Shown here: positions 61,745 through 64,000 of the stretch, piece by piece | How positions within the stretch are numbered: position 1 is the first letter of the stretch | Layout: every line of letters starts with the position of its first letter | Assembly (NCBI GenBank): GCA_034780895.1 | Contig: JAUZTB010000011.1 | Span: 56,948,073 to 57,012,072 of the forward strand | Reading direction: 5' to 3' | Source of the DNA: Rhynchobatus australiae | Taxonomy: Eukaryota | Length of the DNA: 64,000 nucleotides | Position numbers and translations under genes: made by a program | The notes under the pieces: generated by a model | Database searches by the model: none | Told to the model about the DNA's origin: nothing | What the model saw: only the letters and a program-made list of their open reading frames with translations

Positions 61745-62170
61745 AGGATGGGGCCTGAGATTGAAGGATGTGGCCCTGGAGTGAGGTCTTGCATCAACAG
61801 ATTAGGGTCTAGGTTTGGAGGAAAGAATCCTGAGGTCAAAGAATCCAATCAAGACTACAGTTGTATGATCAGGACCTAGAGTTGAAGAGCCAGGGCTCAG
61901 GGCCTGGGATTTGGGATTAGAGGATGTAGGCCTAGGACTGGAAGTGAGAAAACTCAGGACAAATGGCCTGAATCTGGATGAGGAGCATTGTGCCTATGCA
62001 TGGAAGGATTGTGGGTTTTGGTTACAAGGCCTGGGTCAGATAATTGAGCCTGGGATGGTGGGAGTGGGGGAAAGGAGGGGTCCACACAACTGAAACCAGG
62101 GGTCAAGAGGTTCAGAGCTTGGAGTTGAAGGATTACATTCGGGAATCAGGGCCATGGTAGAGAAGGCTGT
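61745..62170 (+). repeat. Degenerate G-rich minisatellite-like array
   Basis: Recurring 'agggcctg(g/a)g.ttgaagga' variants, e.g. gggcctgagattgaaggat, aggacctagagttgaagag, agagcttggagttgaaggat. Confidence 0.5.
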
Positions 62171-64000
62171 TCCAGATCATAAGAACAAGGAGAGACAGTA
62201 AGTATTTCTATTAAAGCAAAGCTAAGTGGGTCAGGTTCCCAGTGAGAGGTTAGGCGCTGCTCAGGGATGCCTGCTTAAATTGCAGTGAAAGCAGCTCTAT
62301 TAGTCTTTGGTTGTTCTCAGAGTGTTCAGGAACCTCAGAACAACACAAGGTTTCCCTGGCAAGGCTCCAAAGGAGCATTGCACATAGCAGGGTGTCCAAC
62401 ATGGAAAATGCATCATTGGCACAAATGCAATTTGCGGCAAGAAATGCCAGAAGTTGAATTTCTTGAGTGGTGCGATTTAATGCAGAAATTATCATGATTG
62501 TTTTCCAACCTGAAAAGAAATCCATATACATAGTACTCAAAACAAACTGTACCGTGTGCCCGAAATTCTAGGTTGGTACATAATTCATAACATCATAATT
62601 CTGATTCTTCATCAAGTATTAACGAAAGGATCATCAAATATATGTAACACAAAATCATTGGAAAGTTCTTAAAGGATAAATAAAAATAAATAAAATTATT
62701 ACCTCACCAAGCCTCCAATCTCCTTTATGATTGATAGATTTTGATGGCTTAGTTTTATTTTCTATTTATCAGGAATAAAGCAGATCAAACACACCGTATG
62801 TAAGTAATTATGAAGAGCAGTTACACAGATGGTGGATAATGATGAGTAGCTGTGCAACGAAACTGTTCCTTTGACAGCAGGAACAGAAATGGCACTTGAC
62901 TCCATTTTGGAGATGAAAAACCTGGTGCTTGACAGCCGCAGCGAATGGTTCTGCTCTTCAAAGAAAAAGTGATCTGACAACAGTAATCAGGCACATCCTG
63001 CATGTATCGCATGTCTTGCTCTCCTCAGACGAGACCTTTATTAGCCACCACAATCTTTACCAAGCATTCTCTATAACATAATTCTCATGCTGTCACCTCA
63101 CAATGGAGCTAGTCTATTCACATAAATTACTTATTTGCAAGGTGCTAATGAAGATATTACAGTCCCTGACTCCTAATTACAAAATAATTTCTTATGCAAA
63201 AACTCTTCTGTGGGTGTAAATCACCAGAGAGTATTTTTTCTCTGCAGAGAAAGTGTGGGCGTCAAGTGCTACAACTGTTCGGAAATAAGTTTTTCTCCCC
63301 TTTCTTGCTGAGCTCCAATGTTACTGAAATCTGCAGACACCAGCATTGCCAGAGAATGTGTCCACAATCCAGGTTGGAAGCTTTCCCACTCTAAACCATA
63401 CTGGAATTGCTGAAATTAGAACATATTACTGTGGTTATCCAAAGCAAAATAAAAGTGCAGGATTTGTTTGGCCTCATTCAGGTTGTTTTCTAAAATTATT
63501 TTGACATGTTTAAATGTGAAACAAGGCTGCTCCTTCAGTTGTGCTGTGCTTTGTTAAACTGAACAGCATGTGTGACCCATCCTTGTTGCAAATTCATACA
63601 GTGTTGTTAATCAGCTTTGGTGTAAGCAAGACGCACTGGATCCGCCTTTGTGTTTTTACAGCAGCTTTCTGAAAAATTCCTGGGTGAAATGTGCAGCGTT
63701 GTTTACATCAATTGAGTTCAATACTTCTGTAAGCAATTAAAGACACAGATGACACGGTTATCAATCAAATCATAGAGTTTCTGACCTTCTCCCAGGTAAA
63801 AGAAATCAGAATCAGATCATAAATACTGATGCTGGTGTTGGAAATTTTACACAAATATAGCTTTTAATGCTTGACTTCGCATTGCAGCATTAAAGCAACA
63901 ATGAAGTGCCAATCCATACATTATAACAAGCAAAGGAGAAGAACAAAGCATAATTAGAATTTGAAAAGTGCAAAGGACTCTGTTGTACTAACACAGAACA

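Noticed and set aside
62878-62972. Terminal exon encoding ..MALDSILEMKNLVLDSRSEWFCSSKKK*
   Set aside because: An acceptor is plausible, but the peptide is unrecognised and there is no supported upstream exon; kept only as part of the TE-free block.
1-64000. CRISPR array, prokaryotic operon or defence system
   Set aside because: No regularly spaced repeat-spacer units and no gene-dense coding; content is vertebrate retroelement DNA.

Overview
AT-rich vertebrate genomic DNA with many N-gaps. It is very likely from a cartilaginous fish (shark or ray), inferred from HE1/V-type SINEs, Deu-domain SINEs and CR1, Rex1, RTE, L2 and Penelope-like elements. I recognise no intact protein-coding gene, RNA gene or CRISPR array. 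The window reads as intron or gene desert, heavily occupied by nested, decayed retroelements, and the ORF track is essentially TE fragments, gap read-through or noise. Main points: (i) four eroded Ty3/Gypsy relics form two head-to-head pairs (about 28.3-31.2 kb minus with 35.3-39.1 kb plus; about 42.8-48.9 kb minus with 49.2-52.2 kb plus). (ii) Penelope tails carry minimal hammerhead-ribozyme folds, several sharing a non-canonical CUGAUGC core. (iii) Two CR1 units have large internal deletions. (iv) One SINE body occurs with two different LINE-type tails. (v) A few TE-free, motif-dense blocks may be enhancers. All family calls come from manual translation and remembered motifs, with no database search; boundaries are approximate.
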